Source: a virus (taxonomy: Duplodnaviria; Caudoviricetes). Taken from it: 64,000 nt of DNA. The translations under genes were made by a program, and so were the position numbers. Shown one piece after another: positions 29,801-39,315 of the stretch. The notes under the pieces are model-generated. The model did no database searches. It was not told where the DNA came from and was given only the letters and a program-made list of their open reading frames with translations. Numbering within the stretch: position 1 is the stretch's first letter; each line of letters opens with the position of its first letter. The stretch is from IMG/VR virus record IMGVR_UViG_3300026116_000035. One strand, 5' to 3'.

Positions 29801-29994
29801 TTAAATATTTAACTCATGAATTAATTAGAATTTACCCTTATGATGATATTTTTGATTATAGATGTAAAAATTGTAATGTAATATTATATGAAACCTCTAA
29901 CATGAAATATTTTTATATATGTGAAAAACCGAGATTAATTTATGAATTTTTATATACTTGTGATGAATGGATAATTAAAAATATAATAGAATAA
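29797..29994 (+). CDS. H-CxxC-C microprotein, copy 13
   Basis: YLTHEL..CKNC..CDEWIIKNIIE. Confidence 0.85.
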   Translation: MIKYLTHELIRIYPYDDIFDYRCKNCNVILYETSNMKYFYICEKPRLIYEFLYTCDEWIIKNIIE

Positions 29995-30002
29995 AATAAA
30001 AA

Positions 30003-30191
30003 ATGATAAAATATTTAAATCATGAACTTATAAAAATCGAATATTTTGATTTGCATTTTAAATACAATATTTGTAATATTTTTTTATGTAAACTGTATGA
30101 TGATTATTATGAATATAATAAAAATTCAACAAAGTTTATTAAATATAAATATACTTGCGCCGAGCAGATAATTAAAAACATATTAGAATAA
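30003..30191 (+). CDS. array copy 14 (first Cys replaced by Tyr)
   Basis: YLNHEL..FKYNIC..CAEQIIKNILE; TAC where other copies have TGT/TGC. Confidence 0.8.
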   Translation: MIKYLNHELIKIEYFDLHFKYNICNIFLCKLYDDYYEYNKNSTKFIKYKYTCAEQIIKNILE

Positions 30192-30193
30192 TA

Positions 30194-30859
30194 ATGATAT
30201 CCAAAGAATTAAGAAATGTCCCCGAAACAAAATTAAAAACTCTAATAGATGAATTAGATAAAACTGATGAAAAAAAATCCAGTTTATTAGCTAAAGCATA
30301 CGAAAGATATTTTAATGCCAATATCCCTATCATGTATTGGAAATTAGAAATGTCAAAATTTAATGGAGACCCAACTTTATTAAATATTTATAATGATCTA
30401 ATTGTCGATTTAAAAAAAACATATGATAACGGAAAAACTCTATGCCTCGCTGGTAGTTTTGGCCGAGGAAAAACTATGACAGTTACTAATATATTAAAAC
30501 GTGCAGTTGAAAAAGGTTACACAGCCCTCTACGTCACACTCAATGATATTATTTCTGCAATTTATTCTCCAGACGCCTACTCAGCACGAAAAGAATTATT
30601 AACCGTAGATTTTTTAGTTATAGATGAATTTGACTCAAGACATATGTCCAATACCAATCAGTCAATAGATTTTTTTGCCAGAACTATTGAAGATATATTT
30701 AGAACTAGATCTCAAAATAAATTACCCCTTTATTTATGTACTAATTCCCCAAACCCTTTAGAAGCCTTTAAAGGATCATTAAAAGAAAGTATTACTAGCC
30801 TTTGGAACTATGTTGATCTTATTCCCGTTACCGGAAAAGACTTTAGAGCGGAGAAATGA
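30194..30859 (+). CDS. DnaC/IstB-like AAA+ ATPase (helicase loader)
   Basis: GSFGRGKT Walker A, LVIDEF Walker B, LCTN; directly upstream of DnaB. Confidence 0.85.
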   Translation: MISKELRNVPETKLKTLIDELDKTDEKKSSLLAKAYERYFNANIPIMYWKLEMSKFNGDPTLLNIYNDLIVDLKKTYDNGKTLCLAGSFGRGKTMTVTNILKRAVEKGYTALYVTLNDIISAIYSPDAYSARKELLTVDFLVIDEFDSRHMSNTNQSIDFFARTIEDIFRTRSQNKLPLYLCTNSPNPLEAFKGSLKESITSLWNYVDLIPVTGKDFRAEK

Positions 30860-32259
30860 TGCAGGATATCGATTATCGAGTATTACAAGGTATAGCCCAA
30901 AGCTCTTTCGTTGCACTATCTTATAGCAATAAATATGATGAAAAATTATTCATAAGCCCAGAAGCTAAAATCATAGCTAAACCTATGATCGATTATGCTA
31001 AAGCTTATCACTCAGCTCCATCTAAACGAACATTATTAGAAACTTATAAAAATGAAAAAGACTTACTCCCACATTTAGAAAATTTTTATACTTCTATTGA
31101 ATCTAAAAAATATAATGATTCAGATTTTAAATTTGATTTAGAAAAATTAAAAGAACGATTTTGCTCATTTAAATATAAAGAATTAAAAAAACTTAATACA
31201 GAAACTGAAGATATTCAAGTAGGTGTCAAACAAGCTCAATCTATCCTAAATGAAATTAAAGGTTTAAATCACGCCCAAACTTCAACTAGAAAATCATTAA
31301 AAGAATTTACTCCAGATTTTATAGCCGAATATAAAGCCAAACAAAAAAATCCAGACTTAGGTAAAGGTATTTTAACAGGATACTCATATCTAGATTTCTT
31401 AAAAAATGGATTTAGACCAGCTGATTTAATCATGATCGCCGGTGAATCTGGTGCCGGAAAATCAATGTGGCTAAATAACATCGCAGTTAATATGTGGATG
31501 CAAAATAATACCATTGATACTCATCCAGATAAATATACTAAAGGATATAATGTTGTTTATGTATCTCTAGAAATGCCTTTAGCCGATATGTATCAAAGAA
31601 CTATCGCCTGCGTAGCTGATGTATCTTCCTATGGAGTAAGAGATGCTAAAAATTCAGCAGAAGAAGGAATTGCACTAGGAAAAGCAACCAAATTCTTCAA
31701 AAATTATCCATATACTTTTGATATAATAGATGTTCCACGAGGTTTTACCGTAGAACAACTAGAATTACAAATGGAGCAAATTAAAACCCAATATAAACCA
31801 GATGTAGTTTTTATTGATTATTTAGGATTAATGGATGAAGTTGATGACCAAGAAGATTGGCTAAAATTAGGTTATCTAGCTGGTAGAGTTCATGAGTTCG
31901 GTAGAGTTTATGAAATCCCAGTTGTTACAGCCGTTCAAATGACAGATAAACGCGCCGTCAAATCCAAAGAAGATTCAGATAAAATAGGCTTACATAGAAT
32001 TGGTCGATCAGGATTAATTGCCCACCACGCTACTATGGTTATTCAAATCGAAACCAAAGGCGGAAAAGATGACGGAATTAATGATTTTAAATATCATATT
32101 GTTAAAAATCGTTATGGTGAATCTGGTGGATCAGCTTGCGTAATTAAAAAATATAGTCATTGTAAAGTTATTGATAAACCTTATGATGTATCCGCTAGAA
32201 CTGATTATACTATAAATGATGACATTAGTGTAGATATATCGAAATATTTAAATGACTAA
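30856..32259 (+). CDS. dnaB: DnaB-like replicative helicase
   Basis: GILTGY, AGESGAGKS, SLEM, FIDYLGLM, TAVQ, IVKNRYG. Confidence 0.9.
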   Translation: MMQDIDYRVLQGIAQSSFVALSYSNKYDEKLFISPEAKIIAKPMIDYAKAYHSAPSKRTLLETYKNEKDLLPHLENFYTSIESKKYNDSDFKFDLEKLKERFCSFKYKELKKLNTETEDIQVGVKQAQSILNEIKGLNHAQTSTRKSLKEFTPDFIAEYKAKQKNPDLGKGILTGYSYLDFLKNGFRPADLIMIAGESGAGKSMWLNNIAVNMWMQNNTIDTHPDKYTKGYNVVYVSLEMPLADMYQRTIACVADVSSYGVRDAKNSAEEGIALGKATKFFKNYPYTFDIIDVPRGFTVEQLELQMEQIKTQYKPDVVFIDYLGLMDEVDDQEDWLKLGYLAGRVHEFGRVYEIPVVTAVQMTDKRAVKSKEDSDKIGLHRIGRSGLIAHHATMVIQIETKGGKDDGINDFKYHIVKNRYGESGGSACVIKKYSHCKVIDKPYDVSARTDYTINDDISVDISKYLND

Positions 32260-32443
32260 AGATAAATACTCATTATATAAAACTGTAGGAAAAGCTATTC
32301 GTATTGAATATGATCATAGCTCAGATTCTGTTTATTTAGTTTTTGAATTAATTGATGAAGATTTTAAAAAACGCATTAAAAATGATTGGACTGAAGATAT
32401 AGATCTGGAATTAGATAATAAAAATTTAATAATAAAAGAATAA
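32252..32443 (+). CDS. hypothetical protein
   Basis: 63-aa ORF overlapping the DnaB stop. Confidence 0.6.
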   Translation: MTKDKYSLYKTVGKAIRIEYDHSSDSVYLVFELIDEDFKKRIKNDWTEDIDLELDNKNLIIKE

Positions 32444-32487
32444 TTTCACTGATATATATTTATGTTATCTATAAATAAAGGAATTTA

Positions 32488-32802
32488 ATGCCGTTTTATA
32501 CTATGTTATGTCATGCCTGCAACCACGAATTTGAAGATTTTTTCTCTGCTAAAGCTCCAGTTCCTACATTATGTCCTAATTGTAATGTAGATGGATATGT
32601 TCAAAGATTAATTCCAAGTATTGTCTATGCCAGAGTGCCTTTAACAGGACAAGATCTTAAACAACAAATTAAAAAAGAAGCTGCTCAAATTAAAGCTCAA
32701 GTTAGTACCAATGAAAATTTAAGGGCTAATATTGTAGGTGAACAGAAATACGAACAGCATGTTAAAGCTACAGAAAAATTAAAAGAAACGTATAAAGATT
32801 AA
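32488..32802 (+). CDS. FmdB-family zinc ribbon protein
   Basis: MPFYTMLCHACNHEFE...CPNCN...VQRLI; AAGGA SD. Confidence 0.8.
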   Translation: MPFYTMLCHACNHEFEDFFSAKAPVPTLCPNCNVDGYVQRLIPSIVYARVPLTGQDLKQQIKKEAAQIKAQVSTNENLRANIVGEQKYEQHVKATEKLKETYKD

Positions 32803-32803
32803 T

Positions 32804-32944
32804 ATGTCTAAAAAATATTTAAAGGAAATTTTACAAACCCTTTTAAATGTAGATGATATTGATGTAATTAAATATACAATCGAATCTCTTATCGAGGAAA
32901 TTGAAGAAGAGCTCAATAATAAAAAGGATGGTGAAGACCTGTAA
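32804..32944 (+). CDS. 46-aa acidic small protein (MSKKYLKEILQTLL...KKDGEDL)
   Basis: Manually translated; fills the gap between genes exactly. Confidence 0.55.
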   Translation: MSKKYLKEILQTLLNVDDIDVIKYTIESLIEEIEEELNNKKDGEDL

Positions 32945-32958
32945 TAACAAGGATTTGG

Positions 32959-33621
32959 ATGAGTAATTTGAATAAAGACGAAATAAATGAAATTGTAAAA
33001 GAATTTATTGAGCTAAGAGAACGAGCCGAAAAAAGTAAAAGCAAAAAAATTAAAAGCAAATTCCTCGAGTTTCAATCAACTATAGTAAAAAAATTATCGC
33101 ATCTGGTATTATTAAGAACTAATAGATACAGAATGTTTTCAAATTATCATGACCTGCAGCAGGATGGATTCGAGGCTCTCTTTATGGCATTAAAAACTTA
33201 CCGCCCAGAAAAAGGGGATTTCTCCTGGTGGGCTAAAAAATATATAGATACTAGAGTTTCGAGAGCTGCTAATTCACATTCTACTATTAAATATCCATTA
33301 AAAACAATTAAAGATTTCAAACCTCATAAAGTCAGTATCATCCCTGTTATTACCGATATTGCTTTAGATCCTCAACAATCTTTAGAACAAATGGAAATTA
33401 AAAAGGCAATTACAGAAGCTATCGTATTATTACCCGAACTACAACAAAAAGTAGTTAAATTATCTTTCGAAATGGCTGGAAATAGAGCTTCTACAATAAC
33501 AAAAATTTCTGAAGAATTAAAAATATCACGATCAGCTTGTATGAAAATATTAGAAGAAGCGAAACAAACTTTAAAATTAACATTGATTAGTAACTTGACG
33601 GATTTGGAGAATAATGAGTGA
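32959..33621 (+). CDS. sigma-70 family RNA polymerase sigma factor (phage-encoded)
   Basis: Region 2 [32 protein letters not shown]; region 4 LPELQQKVV...[16 protein letters not shown] helix-turn-helix. Confidence 0.85.
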   Translation: MSNLNKDEINEIVKEFIELRERAEKSKSKKIKSKFLEFQSTIVKKLSHLVLLRTNRYRMFSNYHDLQQDGFEALFMALKTYRPEKGDFSWWAKKYIDTRVSRAANSHSTIKYPLKTIKDFKPHKVSIIPVITDIALDPQQSLEQMEIKKAITEAIVLLPELQQKVVKLSFEMAGNRASTITKISEELKISRSACMKILEEAKQTLKLTLISNLTDLENNE

Positions 33622-34570
33622 TATCGAAAATAGCGAACGATTTGTTTTATTTCCTATAAAGTATAATGAAATTTGGAAAATGTATAAGGATGCCGAGGCT
33701 TCCTTTTGGACCGCTGAAGAAGTTGATTTAACCGGTGATATAAATGACTGGAAATCTTTAAAAGATTCTGAAAAATATTTTATTAGTCATATTTTAGCTT
33801 TCTTTGCAGCTTCAGATGGTATTGTTGGAGAAAATTTAGCATTACGTTTTTATGGTGATGTAAAAATCCCCGAAGCTCGTGCATTTTATGGATTTCAATT
33901 AATGATGGAGGGTATACATTCAGAAATGTATAGCTTATTAATTGATACTTATATTAATGATGATAAAGAAAAAAATAAATTATTTAACGCTGTTAATGAA
34001 ATTCCCATTATAAAAGAAAAAGCAAAATGGGCTTTAAGATGGATTGATTCAAATGAGTCATTCGCAGAACGACTAATTGCCTTTGCTATTGTTGAAGGTG
34101 TGTTTTTTAGTTCATCATTTTGTTCTATTTATTGGCTTAAAAAACGCGGCCTGATGCCAGGGTTAGCATTTTCCAATGAGAGTATAAGTAGGGATGAGAA
34201 TCTCCATTGCGAATTCGCTTGTTTACTATATAAAACATTAGGATTTAATTTATCTCAAGATAGAATAAATGAAATTTTTACGCAGGCGGTTGAACTAGAA
34301 TGTAAATTTGCGACTGAAGCTCTTCCTGTTAGTTTAATAGGAATGAATGCTGACTTAATGAGTCAATACATAAAATATGTAGCTGATAGACTTGCGGTAT
34401 CATTAGGATATAAAAAAATATATAATGAAACTAATCCGTTTGACTGGATGGAATCAATTTCATTAGTTAAAAAAGGTAATTTTTTTGAAGTTAAAGTTGC
34501 CAATTATAAGAAAAATGGAGTCGGATTAACTGCTGAGCAAAATTCTGTTTCATTTGACGCTGATTTTTAA
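33614..34570 (+). CDS. nrdB: ribonucleoside-diphosphate reductase class Ia beta subunit
   Basis: [35 protein letters not shown] (radical Tyr), VEGVFF, SRDENLH, NFFE. Confidence 0.95.
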   Translation: MSDIENSERFVLFPIKYNEIWKMYKDAEASFWTAEEVDLTGDINDWKSLKDSEKYFISHILAFFAASDGIVGENLALRFYGDVKIPEARAFYGFQLMMEGIHSEMYSLLIDTYINDDKEKNKLFNAVNEIPIIKEKAKWALRWIDSNESFAERLIAFAIVEGVFFSSSFCSIYWLKKRGLMPGLAFSNESISRDENLHCEFACLLYKTLGFNLSQDRINEIFTQAVELECKFATEALPVSLIGMNADLMSQYIKYVADRLAVSLGYKKIYNETNPFDWMESISLVKKGNFFEVKVANYKKNGVGLTAEQNSVSFDADF

Positions 34571-34598
34571 TTTATAAATACTAAAATAGGAAATACTA

Positions 34599-36212
34599 AT
34601 GTTCGTAATTAAACGCGATGGATCCAAGGAACAAGTAAAGTTTGAAAAGGTAGCTAAAAGAATAACGAGAGTCGCCAAAGATCTTAAAAATGTTGATCCT
34701 AATGCTGTAGCTCAAAAAGTTATTCAGGGTATTTATGATGGCGTATCTACTGTAGAATTAGATAAACTTGCAATAGAAGTAGCATATTCTATGACCACTA
34801 TGCATTATGAATATGATCGATTAGCTGTTAGACTCGCTGTTTCAAATTTACATAAAAATACACCTTCTACTTTTTCTGAAGCTGTTGATAAAGTTTACAA
34901 TTCAGTTGATGTATTTGGAAATAAACGTCCATTAATAGCTGAAGATGTATATACTATAATTAAGAAAAATGCTCACATTCTGGATTCAAAAATTGATTAT
35001 GATCGGGATTATTTATTAGATTATTTTGGATTCAAAACATTAGAGCGATCTTATTTATTAAAGATAAATGAATATGTTGATAATAAATTAACACAAAAAA
35101 TCGCATTTCGGCCACAACATTTATGGATGATGGTTTCAGTTGGAATTCATAAAGAAGATATTGATGCCGCATTAGAAACATATGAAATTCTTTCTAAAAA
35201 AGAAGCTACACATGCAACTCCAACATTATTTAATGCAGGATTAATTAAAAATCAGCTCAGCAGTTGTTTTTTAATAGCAATGAATTCTTCCGATTCAATG
35301 GCTGGTATTTATGATACATTAAAACAAACTGCTTTAATAAGTCAAAGTGCCGGAGGAATTGGATTACACATTCATAATATAAGATCAAAAGGATCTCCAA
35401 TATTTGGCACAGGAGGATTATCAAATGGTATAATTCCTATGTTAAAAAACTTTAATGAAACTGCGCGTTATGTTGATCAGGGCGGGAAAAGGAAAGGCTC
35501 ATTTGCCATATACTTAGAGAGCTGGCATTCCGATATCTTTGAATTTTTAGATTTACGTAAAAATAATGGTAAAGAAGAATTTCGTGCAAGAGATTTAAAT
35601 CTTGCTTTATGGGCTCCTGATTTATTTTTCAAACGAGTAAAAGAAGATGGAAAATGGACATTAATGGACCCAGCTAAATGTAAAAATCTTTCCGATGTTC
35701 ATAGTGAAGAATTTGACAAATTATATATTCAATATGAACAAAACAATATGGGTGAAAAAACAATTAATGCACGTGATCTTTGGAGTAAGATTGTTGAAGC
35801 ACAAATTGAAACTGGTCAACCATATATTTTAGCAAAAGATGCTTGTAATAATAAATCAAATCAAAAAAATCTTGGTACAATTAAGAGCAGTAATCTTTGT
35901 ATAGCTGGTGATACATCTGTTTTTATTAAAACCTCATTAGTGGATGATGAAATTGAACTTCCAATTAATAACGTTGTTAACATGTTTAAAAATGGAGAAA
36001 AATTATTTATCAAATCATATGATGAAATAAATGATAAAATTACTTTCAATGAAATATTAAACGGTGCAGAAACAAATCGTGAAGCTGAAGTTTTAAAAAT
36101 TACTTACAATGATTATGAAATAGTTTGTACCGAAGATCATGAATTTTTCACCACAAGAGGTTACGTAAAAGCCAAAAATTTATTGGAAACAGATATTTTA
36201 AAATTAATTTAA
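34599..36212 (+). CDS. nrdA: ribonucleotide reductase alpha subunit, N-terminal fragment fused to N-intein
   Basis: ATP cone [55 protein letters not shown], ending [10 protein letters not shown] then intein. Confidence 0.93.
   Translation: MFVIKRDGSKEQVKFEKVAKRITRVAKDLKNVDPNAVAQKVIQGIYDGVSTVELDKLAIEVAYSMTTMHYEYDRLAVRLAVSNLHKNTPSTFSEAVDKVYNSVDVFGNKRPLIAEDVYTIIKKNAHILDSKIDYDRDYLLDYFGFKTLERSYLLKINEYVDNKLTQKIAFRPQHLWMMVSVGIHKEDIDAALETYEILSKKEATHATPTLFNAGLIKNQLSSCFLIAMNSSDSMAGIYDTLKQTALISQSAGGIGLHIHNIRSKGSPIFGTGGLSNGIIPMLKNFNETARYVDQGGKRKGSFAIYLESWHSDIFEFLDLRKNNGKEEFRARDLNLALWAPDLFFKRVKEDGKWTLMDPAKCKNLSDVHSEEFDKLYIQYEQNNMGEKTINARDLWSKIVEAQIETGQPYILAKDACNNKSNQKNLGTIKSSNLCIAGDTSVFIKTSLVDDEIELPINNVVNMFKNGEKLFIKSYDEINDKITFNEILNGAETNREAEVLKITYNDYEIVCTEDHEFFTTRGYVKAKNLLETDILKLI
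35898..36209 (+). mobile_element. N-terminal half of a naturally split intein (104 aa)
   Basis: Begins [10 protein letters not shown] (block A) immediately after SSNL; contains [19 protein letters not shown] (block B, TxxH); ends at the stop codon. Confidence 0.92.
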
Positions 36213-36222
36213 TTGGAATTTA

Positions 36223-37335
36223 ATGATAGAAAAAGAAAATGAAGAAAAAATAAAACAAAATAAATTTTATTGTGAGTTTGATTCAAAATTTTATAATCGC
36301 ATACAAATGGTAAAATTATTAAAAATAAATGTAGACATGTTTAATTATTATTTTAATAAATTATCATTAGAATTACAAAATGAAGTAATTAAAAGTAATG
36401 ATTATAAATATAAATATTTATATAGAATTATATCTAATAAAATCATATATTGTATTTATTCTAATAAATTAATTCCATTTGAAAGAGTTCTTAGAGGATG
36501 CATAACATTTTCAGATGTTGAAAGTTTATGGGGTAAAGGAATATCAACACGAAATAAAAAAAGACCCGAACATGCTAAAATAATTTCTCTTAAGCTTAAA
36601 GGTGTTAAAAAATCTAATGAACACCGTAATAAAATGACTCAAAGATTAAAATCTATAGATTTTAAAAAAAAAGTACTGTCTAATAAAGGAATTGAATATA
36701 CGGATGATTCTTCTGTATATGAAAAATATGCCGCCCTGTATTCTAATTTATTAAAATCGTTTGATTTTAAAAAATCATTTGTTTTAAATAATTATAAATT
36801 ATATTTAGAAGATACAGAATTAACTCATGAAGAAATTAATCAAATGAGTGAAACTGAAATTTTAAATTTATATTCTGAATTAATGTCAATAAAAAGTTCT
36901 ATAGCTATGGCTAATTCAACTTCAATGGGGAATGCCAAAATAGTTAAAATTGAAAATTTACAATATAATTTAAGAAATATAAATTCAATTGATGTTAGAT
37001 CTGAAATGGAAAAGAAAATAATTTCTTTTTTTGAACGTAATAAAATTTATTGGGATTATGAAACTGAAATTATAAAATATTTTTTTAATTTTAATAGAAG
37101 ATATATTATGGATTTTATATTTTATATTGATGGTAAATGTAATTATATGGAAGTAAAAGGTTCGGTTAGAAGTAGTGATGTTGAAAAAACATTAGCAAAA
37201 ACCAAAACAGCAATTGAAAAATTTGGTGAAATATATGTTTATCAAAAAGAATTAATTACGTCGATAAAAGATTTAGATAAAATTAAATATAATAATTTTT
37301 CAGAATTTAAGTTAAAACACGTATATGGAGATTGA
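36223..37335 (+). CDS. free-standing putative homing endonuclease (NUMOD3-like repeats plus a C-terminal PD-(D/E)xK-like domain)
   Basis: KKRPEHAKIISLKLKGVKKSNEHRNKM; C-terminal VRSEMEKK...WDYE...YIMDF...YMEVKG; lies exactly between the two nrdA halves. Confidence 0.72.
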   Translation: MIEKENEEKIKQNKFYCEFDSKFYNRIQMVKLLKINVDMFNYYFNKLSLELQNEVIKSNDYKYKYLYRIISNKIIYCIYSNKLIPFERVLRGCITFSDVESLWGKGISTRNKKRPEHAKIISLKLKGVKKSNEHRNKMTQRLKSIDFKKKVLSNKGIEYTDDSSVYEKYAALYSNLLKSFDFKKSFVLNNYKLYLEDTELTHEEINQMSETEILNLYSELMSIKSSIAMANSTSMGNAKIVKIENLQYNLRNINSIDVRSEMEKKIISFFERNKIYWDYETEIIKYFFNFNRRYIMDFIFYIDGKCNYMEVKGSVRSSDVEKTLAKTKTAIEKFGEIYVYQKELITSIKDLDKIKYNNFSEFKLKHVYGD

Positions 37336-37434
37336 ATGTTAAAAATAGAAAAATTGTCACAAAAAATTCCGGTATATGATTTAACTGTTAAAGATAATCA
37401 TAATTTTTTTGCTAATAAGATTTTGGTTCATAAT
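37336..37434 (+). mobile_element. C-terminal half of the split intein (33 aa)
   Basis: MLKIEKL...VYDLTVKDNHNFFANKILVHN followed by Cys+1 (blocks F/G, terminal His-Asn). Confidence 0.93.
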
Positions 37435-38523
37435 TGCGCCGAAATAATTGAATATTCTGATGATCAATCAACCGCAGTATGTAATTTAGCATCTATCTCA
37501 CTACCTTCTTGCGTTGAAGGTAAAAAATATAAACGAACATTTAATTTTCAAAAACTATATGATATTACTTATCAATTAACTATAAATTTAAATAAAGTTA
37601 TAGACATAGAATATTATCCTGTTGAAGAAGCTAAATATTCTAATTTAAAAAATAGACCTATCGGTATTGGTATTCAGGGTTTAGCTGATGTTTTTGCTTT
37701 GATGCGATTAACCTGGGATAGCAAAGAAGCTTTAATATTAAATCAGCATATAGCTGAAACAATGTATTATGCTTCGTTAAATGCTTCTGCAGATCTGGCT
37801 AAAAAAGATGGTCCTTATGAATCTTATTCTGGATCACCATTAAGTGAAGGTATTTTTCAATTTGATTTATGGAATACTAAACCTACATTGGAAACATGGG
37901 ATTGGGATAAATTAAAGAAAAAAATTAAAAAATATGGTGTTCGGAATTCGCTGTTATTAGCTAACATGCCAACAGCTTCTACGTCTAATATACTTGGTAA
38001 TACCGAATGTTTTGAACCAATTACTTCCAATATTTATACGCGCCAAACATTAAGTGGTGAATTTGTACAAGTAAATAAATATTTGCTAGAAGATTTAATT
38101 GAATTAGGATTATGGAATGATACACTTAAGCAAAAAATTATAGCTTCAAATGGATCAATTCAAAACATTGCTGAAATTCCAGATGATATTAAATTATTAT
38201 ATAAGACTGTTTGGGAAATATCTCAAAAAATAATAATTGATATGGCAGCTGCTCGCGGTCCTTTTATTTGTCAGTCACAAAGCATGAACCTTTATATTAA
38301 AGAAGCAAATACTGCTAAGGTTACCTCTGCAATATTTTATGCTTGGGAAAAAGGATTAAAAACTTTGGTGTATTATTTAAGAACTACAGCTGCACGCGAA
38401 GCTGCTAAATTTACTGTTGATAAAGAAATTGAAAATCAAGTATTAGAAGCTAATCAGGCACTTATTGAAGGTGTAGCATGTTCATTAGATAATCCAGAAT
38501 CTTGTGAAATGTGTTCTGGTTGA
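37336..38523 (+). CDS. nrdA: C-intein fused to the C-terminal fragment of ribonucleotide reductase alpha
   Basis: After the intein: CAEII, VCNLAS, RPIGIGIQGLAD, GVRNSLLLANMPTASTS, QSQSMN, GLKTLVYYLR, terminal C-x-C-E-M-C-S-G redox cysteines. Confidence 0.93.
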   Translation: MLKIEKLSQKIPVYDLTVKDNHNFFANKILVHNCAEIIEYSDDQSTAVCNLASISLPSCVEGKKYKRTFNFQKLYDITYQLTINLNKVIDIEYYPVEEAKYSNLKNRPIGIGIQGLADVFALMRLTWDSKEALILNQHIAETMYYASLNASADLAKKDGPYESYSGSPLSEGIFQFDLWNTKPTLETWDWDKLKKKIKKYGVRNSLLLANMPTASTSNILGNTECFEPITSNIYTRQTLSGEFVQVNKYLLEDLIELGLWNDTLKQKIIASNGSIQNIAEIPDDIKLLYKTVWEISQKIIIDMAAARGPFICQSQSMNLYIKEANTAKVTSAIFYAWEKGLKTLVYYLRTTAAREAAKFTVDKEIENQVLEANQALIEGVACSLDNPESCEMCSG

Positions 38524-38554
38524 AATTTAATAATCCAGTCCTATATGTCGAGAT

Positions 38555-38570
38555 AGAATTTTAAAATTCT
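38555..38570. other. perfect 16-bp palindrome in the intergenic region after nrdA
   Basis: AGAATTTTAAAATTCT. Confidence 0.4.
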
Positions 38571-38603
38571 TCTATTAACTAGAATATAATAAGGAAAAAT
38601 TAA

Positions 38604-38918
38604 ATGGAACAATTATCATTTAAATTTATGGAATCACAAGAATATAATAAATCAAAAGAAGATAAAATGCTTATTGCAAAATCTTTAATTAAAGATGCAG
38701 AAGATTTTGTATCTAAACATTTACCATGTTCAGATGTAGTTATATCTAATGAAGAATTAATGGCGGAAGCAAATGCTCTAGCTGATAAATATTTAAATAT
38801 CTCAGGAATGGATGCTTTATGTATGGCCGCAAGAGGTGATTTCTACGATACCGATTTAGAAGGTAGTATTTTGCATGCTAATTTGAGAAGAATAGCTTTT
38901 TTACTTAATATGTACTAA
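38604..38918 (+). CDS. hypothetical protein
   Basis: 104-aa ORF with AAGGA SD. Confidence 0.6.
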   Translation: MEQLSFKFMESQEYNKSKEDKMLIAKSLIKDAEDFVSKHLPCSDVVISNEELMAEANALADKYLNISGMDALCMAARGDFYDTDLEGSILHANLRRIAFLLNMY

Positions 38919-38919
38919 A

Positions 38920-39294
38920 ATGGAAGAAACGGTATTTGCTGATAATGATAATTTTAAAGAAGTTCATGATCAGCTTCGTTTTATTTGGTTTAGAAATTTA
39001 TTAATACAAACTGGCATGGATTTAGAAAATTGTTTTCCAGATTCAGATGATCCACATGATCAGACAATTGAGCAGAAATTAAAATTAAAAAATATACTAA
39101 GTGATAATAAAATATTCATTGTAGATAATAATGATGATTCTTTAATGATTTATATTCAAGATCAATTAATTGGACAATGGAATAAACCTCGGTATGATAA
39201 AAGAGAAGATTTATCACAAAGAGGGAAAAGAAATAAATATTATATAGGTATTAATTTAAATTATTGGTCTGTTTTTGATGAAATTGAAAGTTGA
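38920..39294 (+). CDS. hypothetical protein
   Basis: 124-aa ORF, tightly packed. Confidence 0.6.
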   Translation: MEETVFADNDNFKEVHDQLRFIWFRNLLIQTGMDLENCFPDSDDPHDQTIEQKLKLKNILSDNKIFIVDNNDDSLMIYIQDQLIGQWNKPRYDKREDLSQRGKRNKYYIGINLNYWSVFDEIES

Positions 39295-39315
39295 TTTTAA
39301 AATAAGGTAAATAAA

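Larger units (their letters stand above)
27260..30191 (+). repeat. tandem array of 14 paralogous microprotein genes (~200-bp period) plus one remnant
   Basis: Consensus KYL(T/D/N)H(E/Q)LI-x~12-(F/Y)xCxxCxxxL-x~24-CxE(W/V)IIKNIIE; the junction DNA (ATTATTAAAAATATAATAGAATGA...AAATATTTAACTCATGAATTAAT) recurs with variation. Confidence 0.95.

Noticed and set aside
27260-30191. Microprotein array read as a CRISPR array
   Set aside because: The period is ~200 bp, repeats are degenerate with synonymous changes, everything is in-frame coding, and there are no cas genes or palindromic repeats
27260-30191. Array read as integron cassettes or DGR variable repeats
   Set aside because: No attC-like inverted repeats or intergenic space between genes; no integrase or reverse transcriptase in the window; differences are not adenine-specific
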